This document shows positions 48,128 to 57,976 of a stretch of 64,000 nucleotides of DNA, piece after piece. Within the stretch, counting starts at the first letter, position 1. Each line of letters begins with the position of its first letter. Position numbers and translations under genes: made by a program. This stretch comes from a virus. The notes beneath the pieces were generated by a model. The model was not told the DNA's origin and ran no database searches. It was given only the letters and a program-made list of their open reading frames with translations. The stretch spans positions 1 through 64,000 of the IMG/VR virus record IMGVR_UViG_3300043436_003696. The stretch is one strand, 5' to 3'.

Positions 48128-48509
48128 TTTGAATTGTTATTTTAGCTATTATTTTATGAATTGAAAAGTTTTTTTCTTTATTTATTGTTATTTTTTTTCT
48201 AACATCTTCTAATAATTCTTCAACACAAGATTCTTCTATTTGTTTTAAAGATTCTTGACCAAATTCTTTAACTTGAAAATCAGAAATTTCTTTTTCTACT
48301 ACAAAAGTATTTAATTTTTCTAATTCTAATTTTATCTCATTTCTTAATGTAATTAATTCTTCTGCTGATTTTTCTAATTCTTTAATTATTGTTAAATTCT
48401 TTTTAGTATTGGTATAAAATTCTAAATTTAAATTTTGATAATTTTCTTCTGCGCTATGATATTTTTGCATTAAATTATCATACTTTTTTTTACTTATTAA
48501 TCCAAACAT
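48117..48509 (-). CDS. hypothetical coiled-coil protein
   Basis: 130-aa ORF. Confidence 0.55.
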   Translation of the reverse strand: MFGLISKKKYDNLMQKYHSAEENYQNLNLEFYTNTKKNLTIIKELEKSAEELITLRNEIKLELEKLNTFVVEKEISDFQVKEFGQESLKQIEESCVEELLEDVRKKITINKEKNFSIHKIIAKITIQNGN

Positions 48510-48510
48510 A

Positions 48511-51165
48511 TTATTCTTCTCCTTCTGATGTGTTAAATTGTTGTAATTCTAATTCTTGGTTTTCTTCTAAATCTTCTTCATAAGTAATATCATCACTTTC
48601 AGGAGTAGATTCTTCACTAGTTAAAAAAGCATCTGCTTGTTTTTGCTGTTCATAAGCTTTTCTATTAGCTTCTTCTTGTTCTTTTGTCATAAATTGTTTA
48701 TTTAAATATTTAAAAGAATTTTTTATTACGTCTTCTGGGTCTATTAATCCAAAACTATTAATAAAAACATTTGATAATTCTTTTTGTTTTTGCTGTGGTA
48801 TATTTGAATTATTATAATGTATATAATTAAGTTTTTTACCCCTACTTTTTAAATAATCTATTATATATGGTAAAGAATCTTCATCCCAATTTAAGTGTTG
48901 TAGTATTTCACAACCATCAAAATAATTATTTACCCATTCAAAAACATCACAAATAGATTTATCTTCGTATTTAATAATACCAGATTTTGTTAAACTTAAT
49001 AATTCTTTAGCAAATTCTTTATTTTCATCTATTCTCCAATCTACTTTATCTGTATAAGATTCTAATTCTTTAACAGCTAAATAAATATTAAAATTAATTT
49101 TTTTCAATATATTTAAAGCTGTAGAATTACTAAATAAAGATTGATATTTTTTTCTTATTTGTATTGTTTGTATTAATCTACATACTATTTTATTATTACT
49201 TTGCATAAATAAATTTACATGTGCCGCATTAGGCATTTTATTAAATAAATATTCATTTGATTGACTTATTCTTATTATTTTAATAGCTTGTTCATTAAGA
49301 ACAGATTCAGAATAAATAAAAGATTTATTTAACTGAAGAAGTTTTGAAATAAATTCTAATTTTGTATTATCTTTTAAAAATCCATATATAAGAATACCTT
49401 TAAAATTTTTTAATGTATTTAAATGTAAATCACCTACATAAGAACTTGAAATATTTTTATAAGGTATAATACCATCTAATTTAAGTTTTGGTTGTCTATT
49501 TGCCTTAGCAATTGCTTTTTGTTTAGCTAACCATTCTTCAGGTATTTTAAAATCTTTATATTCAATTACTTCAAAATCTTTTTTTAATTCTTCAAAAATT
49601 ATATTTCTATATTCTAATAATTCTTTAATAATACCTACAGGTTTATTAAAAACAGTAGTTTTAACTTTTTTATAAGAAACAATTAAATTACCTTCCCCAT
49701 CTCTTTTTTTTACTGGAACTGTTTTATTAATTTCAATTTCATTAAATTTTATACCAACACTTTCTAACCAAGCATTATAATAATATTTAGATATTTTTTT
49801 ACGTTTTACAAATATACAATTATTAATATATTTTTTAAATTCCTTACTTTCTGGTATATTATCAGTTTCTTCTAATAAAACTATTTTAGTAATTACAGAA
49901 TCATAATTAATTAAATTTAAATCATTATTTTTAACTTCTTTACCATATACTATTTTTTTATTAAGCACGTTAAACGAATATAAAATATTTTCTATTTTAG
50001 CAGGATTAATTACTTTAAAATGTGTTATAGGTTTAAATAAAATAGATGTTAAATTATATAAACAAGTTGCATCTAAACTGTAATTAAAATTATCACTAAT
50101 AGGAAAAATTAAATATTTGTTTTTACCTTTAGAAAAATTTATTTTTTTTACATAATTAATTAAACCTTCTACAGGTAAATTTTGTTCATTATATCTTTTT
50201 ATTAAGTTTTTAACTACATCAGCTATTTTATTTTTTATTAATAATATAGTTTCATCTGAATAAAGAATAGATTCTCTAGTCATTGTTACTTGAATATCAC
50301 CAATATTAAACTTAATGCCTATAGGTATATTAATTTTTTCAACCCCTATAGTTTTCCAATCTATTGGATAACAAACTTTTCCTAAAACTAAATGTATTTC
50401 TTTAGAATATTGGTTAGTAGTACGTAATTTAAATAAATCAGATTCAACAATTTTACCTGAATTATATGATTGTTCTAATTTATATAATTTATAATCATCG
50501 TAATAACAGTAATTATCTTTAAATTCAAAAATAACATTATCAAAAAAAGATAATTCTTTAACAACTATACTAGCAATATAATTTATTTCTTTTACTTCAC
50601 TATAATTATTTATTTTATAATCTTCTTCTTTTAAATAAATTTTTACTGTAGTTCCATTAGTTAAATTAGTTTCTTCATTTTCAATTAATAATGTAACATC
50701 AGGCATACCTGAAGTTTTACGGTAAACATTAAATTGATTTAATAATCCATTTTTTACACTAGTAACAATAAAATTATTTTGATAAGATAAAGGTGACATT
50801 CTTCCTATACCAAAACCACCTATTTGTTCATTACTTTGGTCTTTTGTAGAATCTAAAATTTGAGTGTATCTTTTTGTAATAAACTCATAATCCATTCCAA
50901 TTCCTTTATCTATAATTTCAATATAATTTCCACCATCATCATCATCTAATTTAACAATAACTGGATTAGGATTATTAGCTTCTTTCATAGCATCCCAAGC
51001 ATTTGATACAGTTTCTCTAATAAATGAAGCTCTAGGATTATGATAACCGCCAATTAAAATATCAAATAATTTATCTGTTTTGTCTAATTTAATACTTGTT
51101 TTAAGAGTACTTTCATCATTAAAATTTGTATTAATTTCTGCTAAATTTTCTTCTTTTAATTTCAT
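48511..51165 (-). CDS. rIIA: rIIA-like protein with an N-terminal GHKL ATPase
   Basis: IRETVSNAWDA, DKGIGM, STK...IGGFGIG, NGTTV, TRESI.Y; likely start MKLKEE. Confidence 0.82.
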   Translation of the reverse strand: MKLKEENLAEINTNFNDESTLKTSIKLDKTDKLFDILIGGYHNPRASFIRETVSNAWDAMKEANNPNPVIVKLDDDDGGNYIEIIDKGIGMDYEFITKRYTQILDSTKDQSNEQIGGFGIGRMSPLSYQNNFIVTSVKNGLLNQFNVYRKTSGMPDVTLLIENEETNLTNGTTVKIYLKEEDYKINNYSEVKEINYIASIVVKELSFFDNVIFEFKDNYCYYDDYKLYKLEQSYNSGKIVESDLFKLRTTNQYSKEIHLVLGKVCYPIDWKTIGVEKINIPIGIKFNIGDIQVTMTRESILYSDETILLIKNKIADVVKNLIKRYNEQNLPVEGLINYVKKINFSKGKNKYLIFPISDNFNYSLDATCLYNLTSILFKPITHFKVINPAKIENILYSFNVLNKKIVYGKEVKNNDLNLINYDSVITKIVLLEETDNIPESKEFKKYINNCIFVKRKKISKYYYNAWLESVGIKFNEIEINKTVPVKKRDGEGNLIVSYKKVKTTVFNKPVGIIKELLEYRNIIFEELKKDFEVIEYKDFKIPEEWLAKQKAIAKANRQPKLKLDGIIPYKNISSSYVGDLHLNTLKNFKGILIYGFLKDNTKLEFISKLLQLNKSFIYSESVLNEQAIKIIRISQSNEYLFNKMPNAAHVNLFMQSNNKIVCRLIQTIQIRKKYQSLFSNSTALNILKKINFNIYLAVKELESYTDKVDWRIDENKEFAKELLSLTKSGIIKYEDKSICDVFEWVNNYFDGCEILQHLNWDEDSLPYIIDYLKSRGKKLNYIHYNNSNIPQQKQKELSNVFINSFGLIDPEDVIKNSFKYLNKQFMTKEQEEANRKAYEQQKQADAFLTSEESTPESDDITYEEDLEENQELELQQFNTSEGEE

Positions 51166-51437
51166 AAATTTTTGTCTTCGTATAAATGCCAAACAAATAA
51201 ATCTTCTTTTTGTAATATTGTACCTATATAAATTAAATTACCTTTAAAAAACATATCACCTGTGCGTATAATACAAAATTTTCTTTTTACTTGTTTTATA
51301 ATTTCACTTGTTTCAAACTCATACCATATCATAGGTACTTCATTTTGAGTTTTAAAACATAAAATATTAGCATTTTTAGGTAAAGACAAAAAAAAATTAT
51401 CACTAATAGGTATTTCTTTTTTAAGTATTACATTCAT
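51162..51437 (-). CDS. conserved small phage protein
   Basis: LPKNA.IL...Q...P.IW and TG...YIGT...FVWHLYE pattern. Confidence 0.65.
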   Translation of the reverse strand: MNVILKKEIPISDNFFLSLPKNANILCFKTQNEVPMIWYEFETSEIIKQVKRKFCIIRTGDMFFKGNLIYIGTILQKEDLFVWHLYEDKNL

Positions 51438-51745
51438 TTTGTTTCAATATTAAATTCATGTCTCCAAAATCTTACTCCTGTGTATTCTTTTTTACCATCA
51501 GGTTTTTTTTCTTGAATAAATTCTTTTAAATAAACTATTTTAATACCTTCAGATTCTTTAAATATTTGCTTTAATTTACTTACAAAATAACTTATTTTAG
51601 TTTCAGCTAATTTATCTTTTGGAATAACAAAAGATTCATCTTCTGAAGTAATTTGTTTTAAACATGCTATAGCATTATTAAATACTTCATTTACATCTTT
51701 TTTATTAGGGTGTAGATATTTTTTACCTTTTTCTATTCTAAACAT
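51434..51745 (-). CDS. hypothetical protein, possibly DNA-binding
   Basis: ESFVIP...GVRFWR pattern. Confidence 0.55.
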   Translation of the reverse strand: MFRIEKGKKYLHPNKKDVNEVFNNAIACLKQITSEDESFVIPKDKLAETKISYFVSKLKQIFKESEGIKIVYLKEFIQEKKPDGKKEYTGVRFWRHEFNIETK

Positions 51746-51747
51746 AG

Positions 51748-52002
51748 TTATATTTCTTTAAGTTTTTTGGTTTTATAATAATTTTTTAATCCGTGTTCAG
51801 CTAATAATTCTTTATTGTGAGCTTTTATAGCTATATTAAACATTTTTCCTATAAAATGACAATGTTCAAAAGTTCCTTCTGCTAATTTAAACAATTGATT
51901 ATTTTGTTGAACTTCTACCCGCCAATTTTTAGTTTCCATTGTATCACAACTACGACTAAAAGAATTTTTTTTTCTATTTGTATTGAAAAGATTTATTTTC
52001 AT
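51748..52002 (-). CDS. hypothetical protein
   Basis: 84-aa ORF coupled to its neighbours. Confidence 0.5.
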   Translation of the reverse strand: MKINLFNTNRKKNSFSRSCDTMETKNWRVEVQQNNQLFKLAEGTFEHCHFIGKMFNIAIKAHNKELLAEHGLKNYYKTKKLKEI

Positions 52003-52424
52003 AATATTTTTACATTAAAATCAACCAATTCTCTTTTTATTATCTGCTCTAAAATATTCCACCTAACACCTTCTATTTTAGGTATTGCTATAAATTCATC
52101 ACCTTTTAATACAGCACAAATATTTCTTAATCCTAAAGCAAAAGCAGTATATTCAAAATTAATTGGTATTACTTTATATTCATAACTAGTATATATATTA
52201 AAGATAGTTAAATCTAAATTTTTGTAATAACAACTACTAAATTCACCTAATTTAAATATATCACCTTTTATTGTTTTTAAATCAGCTTTATTAACTTCTG
52301 GAAAAGCTTTAGCTAATTCTTTGTTATTCATATTACAAAAGCAATTACAAAAATTAATTATAACATCAAATTCTCCTTTAATCGCTTCTATAACAATGTT
52401 TTTATTTTGAGTATGTTCAATCAT
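51999..52424 (-). CDS. degenerate macro-domain protein
   Basis: FDVIINFCNCF, AKAFPE...AD..T..GD..KLG, IFNIYT, IAIPKI...W; the Gly-rich loops are missing. Confidence 0.7.
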   Translation of the reverse strand: MIEHTQNKNIVIEAIKGEFDVIINFCNCFCNMNNKELAKAFPEVNKADLKTIKGDIFKLGEFSSCYYKNLDLTIFNIYTSYEYKVIPINFEYTAFALGLRNICAVLKGDEFIAIPKIEGVRWNILEQIIKRELVDFNVKIL

Positions 52425-52435
52425 AAAATTTTTGA

Positions 52436-53002
52436 TTAATCCAATAATTTTTCAAGTTCTTCATATTTTTCAGTTGTAATTATATTTTGTTTTAAAGCTT
52501 CTAAAATTTCTTCTTTAATAACAGGTTTAATTGTACAATATTTATTATTAGAATCCCACCAAACAATAATTGTTTCTGTTTCTAAATTAAGATTGTTATT
52601 TTGTAACAATTTAATGTATTCACTGTTTTTTAATAATATTAATTGATTAGGTTCTTTAATAGCTAAATGATTATCAAATAAAAAAAGATTAAGATTTGAA
52701 AAATGTTTATCAACTCTTAAAAGTTTATATGTCATAGATTTTCCTGCTTCTACAGCTTCTTCTTTAAAACTTTTTTCTTCCTCTTCACTAAATTTAGATA
52801 TTACTTTCCAATCAATTTGATTACGATGTTCATCTGTAATTTCTTCTTCTTTAGAAACACCTAATTCTTCTAATTTTTTTTCAGCTCTTTTAATAATTTC
52901 TTTTTGTTTTAAATCATCTATTAAAAATTGAGTATATTCATCACTAGCTAACTTTTCTTTTCCTAATCCTTTTAAATATAATTTATTTATTTTTATGTTC
53001 AT
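52436..53002 (-). CDS. hypothetical protein
   Basis: 188-aa ORF. Confidence 0.6.
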   Translation of the reverse strand: MNIKINKLYLKGLGKEKLASDEYTQFLIDDLKQKEIIKRAEKKLEELGVSKEEEITDEHRNQIDWKVISKFSEEEEKSFKEEAVEAGKSMTYKLLRVDKHFSNLNLFLFDNHLAIKEPNQLILLKNSEYIKLLQNNNLNLETETIIVWWDSNNKYCTIKPVIKEEILEALKQNIITTEKYEELEKLLD

Positions 53003-53015
53003 TTTATAATATTTT

Positions 53016-53045
53016 AAAAACCCCTACCATTTCTGATAGGAGTTT
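53016..53045 (-). terminator. rho-independent terminator
   Basis: AAACTCCTATCA-GAAA-TGGTAGGGGTTTTT on the minus strand. Confidence 0.7.
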
Positions 53046-53065
53046 AACCAACAATTAATTATTAA

Positions 53066-53419
53066 TTAAAATGAAGCTAGCATACTTTCAAAATAAATAA
53101 TTGATTTTCTTACTTCTTCAAGTTTTTCAGTAGATTCATCAAATCTTAATTTATAAGATTGAATGTTTTGAATGTAACTTTGATTATTTGTAAATACTGT
53201 AGTTGGGTATTTAGCGTTATGTAAAGCTTCTAAAGAATCTTCTACCTCATTTTCTAAATCTACTTCTTTAGCTCTTAATGCTGCTAATTGCCCTTCTACT
53301 GCTGAAATTGCTTTTCTTGCAATTTTTTCTGATAATACAGCTGCATCATCACCCTTTAATTTCGCTAATATTTCTTTTGCAAAACTTTGACCTTTTTTTA
53401 CTTTTGTTTCTAATGACAT
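53066..53419 (-). CDS. hypothetical coiled-coil protein
   Basis: 117-aa ORF. Confidence 0.6.
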   Translation of the reverse strand: MSLETKVKKGQSFAKEILAKLKGDDAAVLSEKIARKAISAVEGQLAALRAKEVDLENEVEDSLEALHNAKYPTTVFTNNQSYIQNIQSYKLRFDESTEKLEEVRKSIIYFESMLASF

Positions 53420-53430
53420 AATTTTTAATT

Positions 53431-54471
53431 TTAAATGATAAATAATTGTTTTACTTTTTGTTTTTTGTTGGTTATTATTATAGGTTCTTGAAATTCAAGA
53501 TTAATTGTTGGTGTTAATGGATATTGGCTATTTACAGGACTACTAGCTGTATGAATTTTACTTTCATTATCTGTTGAAAATAAAAATGTAGTACCAGAAT
53601 CAATTGTATCTGCTGAAGTTCCCAATGCAGTATTAAAATTACCTGTAATATTATTATAAAGTCCTTCTACTCCCAATGTCGAGTAAAGACAGTTATTTGT
53701 TTTTACTAATTTAGCAGATTTAGCAAATAGAGAATTATCAGAAAAATAATCAAATCTTTTAGTTGTATCAGAATTAATAAGTATATCACCAGATATATGT
53801 TTGTGTTCATAAATACAAGTATTAGATTTTAAATTCCAAGTAGAATTATTAGAATCTAATAAATTATTCATTTTTTGAATATCTGTATGAATATTTACAA
53901 TTTCTATTATTTCTTTATTATTTTTATCATCTGTAATTTCATAATGATTACCTATTTCTAATTTAACTACTGGTTCTTTTTTGGTTTCAAGATTACTTTC
54001 AGAAATAAAATCTTCGGGTATTAGTTCATATTTAGTTTGATTTTTTTCAAGTACGCCAGAACAAAGATATCCATGTTGACTAGGAAAATTAGCTTCTAAC
54101 GAAGTTTTTTCATGGTTAGTAATTAATCCATATTCTCCTGCTTTAACGTTACCTGCCTGAGGGTAATCAATTAAAGCTTTTAAATATCTACCAACTAACG
54201 ATTTTTTTTCAAGTTCTTCTTTCAATACCCATTTTTTAAATTGCTCAAATGAAATTTCTGTATGCGCAGAACGTTTATAAAAACCCCAATTATTGTTAGA
54301 TAATCCTTTTTCTATTACTTCTTCTAATTTTGATGGATAAAATCCGATTTTTCCTTCAATTAACCCACATTCAATTTTGTCAAAATATTCAGCTACAATT
54401 TTAGCTTCTTCTAATGTATTAGGTTTAATATACCATTTTTCAGGTAATTCTTTTAATTCATTGTCTATCAT
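53431..54471 (-). CDS. hypothetical mosaic protein
   Basis: 346 aa; LPEKW...EISFEQFKKWVLK and LVGRYLKAL segments. Confidence 0.6.
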   Translation of the reverse strand: MIDNELKELPEKWYIKPNTLEEAKIVAEYFDKIECGLIEGKIGFYPSKLEEVIEKGLSNNNWGFYKRSAHTEISFEQFKKWVLKEELEKKSLVGRYLKALIDYPQAGNVKAGEYGLITNHEKTSLEANFPSQHGYLCSGVLEKNQTKYELIPEDFISESNLETKKEPVVKLEIGNHYEITDDKNNKEIIEIVNIHTDIQKMNNLLDSNNSTWNLKSNTCIYEHKHISGDILINSDTTKRFDYFSDNSLFAKSAKLVKTNNCLYSTLGVEGLYNNITGNFNTALGTSADTIDSGTTFLFSTDNESKIHTASSPVNSQYPLTPTINLEFQEPIIITNKKQKVKQLFII

Positions 54472-54692
54472 AATTTTGTATCTTCTAATTGTATTACAAT
54501 TTCTAATAAATCATTAACTTCTTTTTCAAGTTTTTCATGTTCATTACGAAGTTCTGTAAAAAACCTAACTGCATCATGGTGTTCAACTTTTACCATATCT
54601 TGCATAACTTGTAAAACATATTCAAAAGATTTTTCTTCTGCTTTACACCATTGATTTATTGTAGCTAATTTAAGTTTTGTTATTTGTTTCAT
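54468..54692 (-). CDS. hypothetical protein
   Basis: 74-aa ORF. Confidence 0.55.
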   Translation of the reverse strand: MKQITKLKLATINQWCKAEEKSFEYVLQVMQDMVKVEHHDAVRFFTELRNEHEKLEKEVNDLLEIVIQLEDTKL

Positions 54693-54695
54693 AGT

Positions 54696-54836
54696 TTAAT
54701 ATATTTTAAAACATTTTCTTTTTCTTGTACCATACCATATCCAAATCCCTTCCTTAGAAACATCTATTCTAGGTTTAAAGGAAAGTTCTACTATTATGTA
54801 GATTAATAATATTGTTGTTAATAATTCAAAATCCAT
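54696..54836 (-). CDS. 46-aa membrane mini-protein (not in the ORF track)
   Basis: MDFELLTTILLIYIIVELSFKPRIDVSKEGIWIWYGTRKRKCFKIY. Confidence 0.5.
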   Translation of the reverse strand: MDFELLTTILLIYIIVELSFKPRIDVSKEGIWIWYGTRKRKCFKIY

Positions 54837-54873
54837 AATTTTATTTTAGTTTAATTCTTTTGTAATTAGTTTG

Positions 54874-55220
54874 TGGAGATGTGGGGAGTCGAACCCCAGT
54901 CCGAATAGTTGCTATAATACAACTTGATTACATGCTTAAATCTATTATTGCTAATTGATTAGTATTAGGCTGAACCGAAATTCAGCTCCACCAGTTAGTT
55001 TAAAGTTCTAACAAACTTTTGATTAAGCAGCTAAAGCTACTTTTTCAGTTTTAGCAAATAAAGCTACAATGTTATTTGTAGTTGTTTCAGCAAAATTCCT
55101 AGAATTTTCTGAAATTGTATTGTTGTTTGCGTTTGTTTTTGATACTAATTTAGATGTAATGTATCTACCATCGCATGATTGTATTAAGGCTTAACACTCT
55201 CGTCAATTCCCGTCATCCCC
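54874..55220 (-). ncRNA. ssrA: tmRNA (CCA not encoded)
   Basis: 5' end GGGGATGACGGGAATTGAC; 3' T-arm TGGGGTTCGACTCCCCA plus CATCTCCA; G3-U70 alanine acceptor stem; tag ORF 55023-55130 ending ALAA*. Confidence 0.93.
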
Positions 55221-55281
55221 ATTATTTTTATTTAAAATTATAAAAAACCTGTTTTATGTCGTGTGTAATTAATGTCTTCTA

Positions 55282-55473
55282 TTATATTTTAAATCTGTTA
55301 TTTGGATAAGATGATACCTTAACCCCATTTTCATTAAAAAGTTCAACAAAAATACAACCCTTATCTTCATAGTCGTTAAAAGCTTTTGTGGTTGTTTCGT
55401 AATACTTTTTAAGGGGGCTTTTACCCCTAAAATAAATTATTGCATACTTTTTACTTTTTTTTGTAGTTGCCAT
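55282..55473 (-). CDS. hypothetical protein
   Basis: 63-aa ORF. Confidence 0.5.
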   Translation of the reverse strand: MATTKKSKKYAIIYFRGKSPLKKYYETTTKAFNDYEDKGCIFVELFNENGVKVSSYPNNRFKI

Positions 55474-55534
55474 AACATTTATTCAGTTGCCTATATTCTG
55501 AAAGGTTCTAATTTATAAAAGCTATTGGCAAGTG

Positions 55535-55741
55535 CTACAACTCGTCCATAACAGCCATTAACATTAACGGACTAAAGCATACATAGCAAAATATTACAAA
55601 CAACATTCCACCTCTTGCATCTTGCGACCATAGAAATGGGTTTGTTTCTGCTTTTAAAAAAGCTATTGCTATGTAAGCAAGTACCGACCAAATAATTAGT
55701 CCTAATGAAACTAATCCTAATGCTTTTACTGTGTTATTCAT
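55535..55741 (-). CDS. small two-TM membrane protein
   Basis: Two hydrophobic helices. Confidence 0.55.
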   Translation of the reverse strand: MNNTVKALGLVSLGLIIWSVLAYIAIAFLKAETNPFLWSQDARGGMLFVIFCYVCFSPLMLMAVMDEL

Positions 55742-55761
55742 TTTTCGTTTAATTTAAAGTT

Positions 55762-55986
55762 TTAGTTTTCAAAATAGCCTTCTGGAATTAAAGACATAAA
55801 TCTGCTCATTGGTCTTGGTGTTCCTTCTTGTTCTTTTCCGTAAGCGTATTGAAATGCTCGAACACTACTAAACACTTGTTCTTCTTGTTCTCCGAATGAG
55901 CAAATAGTATTGCTTATTGTATCATAAAAAGCAAAGTCGTTTTGTCCTTCGCAGATTTGGTTTTTTAAATTTAAAAATATAATCAT
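55762..55986 (-). CDS. hypothetical protein
   Basis: 74-aa ORF. Confidence 0.55.
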   Translation of the reverse strand: MIIFLNLKNQICEGQNDFAFYDTISNTICSFGEQEEQVFSSVRAFQYAYGKEQEGTPRPMSRFMSLIPEGYFEN

Positions 55987-56032
55987 ATTTTTGTTGAATT
56001 TACTTGTGAATAAACCGCACTACTACATAACG

Positions 56033-56254
56033 TTATAACATTCTAATATATGCCTCTTCAAGTTTCCATTCACAATGAGCTATTGCGTTTGCCTGCTTTT
56101 CTTTATTACTATCATCATTGTACCAGTCGTATACTTCGGAGTCGTTTGTGTATGTTTCAACTTCTTCCCCATTTACAGTTCCACTAATTACGTATCTTCC
56201 ATAAGATGAAGTGCTAGATACTTTGATGTTTTCTATTGTGTGTGTGAATTTCAT
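56033..56254 (-). CDS. hypothetical protein
   Basis: 73-aa ORF. Confidence 0.55.
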   Translation of the reverse strand: MKFTHTIENIKVSSTSSYGRYVISGTVNGEEVETYTNDSEVYDWYNDDSNKEKQANAIAHCEWKLEEAYIRML

Positions 56255-56384
56255 TTTGCGAGTTTTTAAATTGTTATTGTTGTTGTTATTGTTATTTAAC
56301 GGTACGAATGTAAATTTATTATTGACAATAGTTTAGTGTTCCAAAATTTTCTACTTCGCCAAGTCCTGTTCGTTGTATGCAATT

Positions 56385-56999
56385 TTATTTTACAGTCACT
56401 AAATAATTTTCTCCAACGTAGTTACCTAACAATCTAAAAGTTAAACCTTTAGGAAGATATTGTCTTTTTAAATGCTTTATAACTGATTTTACCGATGTTA
56501 AATGTGCAGTATTGGTATTATGAGGATATGGAGTATCATAGCTGACCCATATATTTGTTTCATTATTGTACCAAAAATCACCTTCACATTGTAACCACCA
56601 TTTGCTTTTACCATCTAAAGGTTTTCTACGCAACGGAAATTTAGTGTATTTATCACGTGTAATTTTAATTACTCTATTTTGCTTAAAGGTTTCTTTTGGT
56701 TTTGCTGTTAAATCAATTGTTTTAAACTGTTCAAATGATTCTTCACTATAAACATTTTTCATTCTTTCTAAAACAAAATCATTTTTACAATTTTGGATTA
56801 AATATATATCTAACCAAGTTGGAGTATTCATAATAGGAATTTCACCATTTAAAAAATCTTTTTCTTCATAAGTCCAAACCCAATCACTAATACAAACTGT
56901 TAACCCATCAAAAAATGTTAATTTTTGACTATCTGCCCAAATTTTAAACTCTTTATAATCTTTATAAGAGTTTGTGTATGTTTTATCTATTCCTGCCAT
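56385..56999 (-). CDS. hypothetical protein
   Basis: 204-aa aromatic-rich ORF. Confidence 0.6.
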   Translation of the reverse strand: MAGIDKTYTNSYKDYKEFKIWADSQKLTFFDGLTVCISDWVWTYEEKDFLNGEIPIMNTPTWLDIYLIQNCKNDFVLERMKNVYSEESFEQFKTIDLTAKPKETFKQNRVIKITRDKYTKFPLRRKPLDGKSKWWLQCEGDFWYNNETNIWVSYDTPYPHNTNTAHLTSVKSVIKHLKRQYLPKGLTFRLLGNYVGENYLVTVK

Positions 57000-57026
57000 A
57001 TTAATTTCTGCGTTTATTACTTTACG

Positions 57027-57284
57027 TTATAAGTAATGCTTACTAACGCACTCAACTAACTCATTATATTCCTCAATCCATTCAATGTTAATCTTTAACC
57101 CAGCATTATAGTATCGAGCAATTGCTCCACGCACTTTATTAAATCGTTCTACTTTTACTCGTTCAAAGAAAACATCGTGAAATCTTTTAGGTATCAATCC
57201 TAATGGTGGTTCGATAGCATTACCGCTAATAGCACTTATATTTAATTGGGCGGTTTTTTGGTTATTCAAATTTTCTACTTTCAT
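57027..57284 (-). CDS. hypothetical protein with an attC-like-derived N-terminus
   Basis: PPLGLIP...AIARY...EWIEEYNEL core. Confidence 0.55.
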   Translation of the reverse strand: MKVENLNNQKTAQLNISAISGNAIEPPLGLIPKRFHDVFFERVKVERFNKVRGAIARYYNAGLKINIEWIEEYNELVECVSKHYL

Positions 57285-57294
57285 CTTTTATTTG

Positions 57295-57669
57295 TTATTT
57301 AAAGTTTGTACTATTTAATCCTCTCCTTTCATCACTTATAAATAAATTCTTTATAAAATTGTCAATATCTTTAATATTTTCTTCCCAAGAATATTCGTTG
57401 TCTAACATATATAAAGAAACTTCACTTGAATCAACTTGTGAATTTCTACCATAAACACCTTTATAAAACCTCAATAATATATTATCATCTGATTTATCAC
57501 CAAATATATAATAAGCTATTGCATCCGTAGCATAAGGATATTTATTACCATATTTTTTGTATAGTTTTTGAATGTTATCAACAACACTCACATTTTTATT
57601 TACAAATTGCTTAAAGTTCTTAATTTTATCAATCATTTTTTTAATATCTTTACTCATAGGTTTTTTCAT
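57295..57669 (-). CDS. hypothetical protein
   Basis: 124 aa; MSKDIKKMIDKIKNFKQFVN leader. Confidence 0.55.
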   Translation of the reverse strand: MKKPMSKDIKKMIDKIKNFKQFVNKNVSVVDNIQKLYKKYGNKYPYATDAIAYYIFGDKSDDNILLRFYKGVYGRNSQVDSSEVSLYMLDNEYSWEENIKDIDNFIKNLFISDERRGLNSTNFK

Positions 57670-57729
57670 TACATAAAATATTAATAATTAAATAATTAAG
57701 TAAAACTACATATATAATATAGTTATATG

Positions 57730-57969
57730 CTATTTTAACCCATCACACCCAAAATGGTTATAAAGTATTATTTGTTTCTTTACAATCATTATAGTTGCAT
57801 CAGGACTTTCGATTGTATCTGTTTCATATTTTGTTTGGCATTTGTAATACTTTTCTCCATGTACTGTTATATAATATTTAATAGTAGATGGTATAAATGC
57901 CACCAAAAATATGCAAACAAATAAAATCCATTGCTTAAATAGTAGTATTTTTGAAATTAATCTTTTCAT
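57730..57969 (-). CDS. hypothetical membrane protein
   Basis: N-terminal TM. Confidence 0.5.
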   Translation of the reverse strand: MKRLISKILLFKQWILFVCIFLVAFIPSTIKYYITVHGEKYYKCQTKYETDTIESPDATIMIVKKQIILYNHFGCDGLK

Positions 57970-57976
57970 ATTTATT

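Noticed and set aside
54874-54905. Stand-alone tRNA
   Set aside because: The T-arm and acceptor half pair with a 5' end about 340 nt away and enclose an ALAA-ending tag, which identifies a tmRNA.
56270-56296. Short (TTG/TTA)n run as a functional repeat
   Set aside because: Low-complexity and short; expected in AT-rich intergenic DNA.
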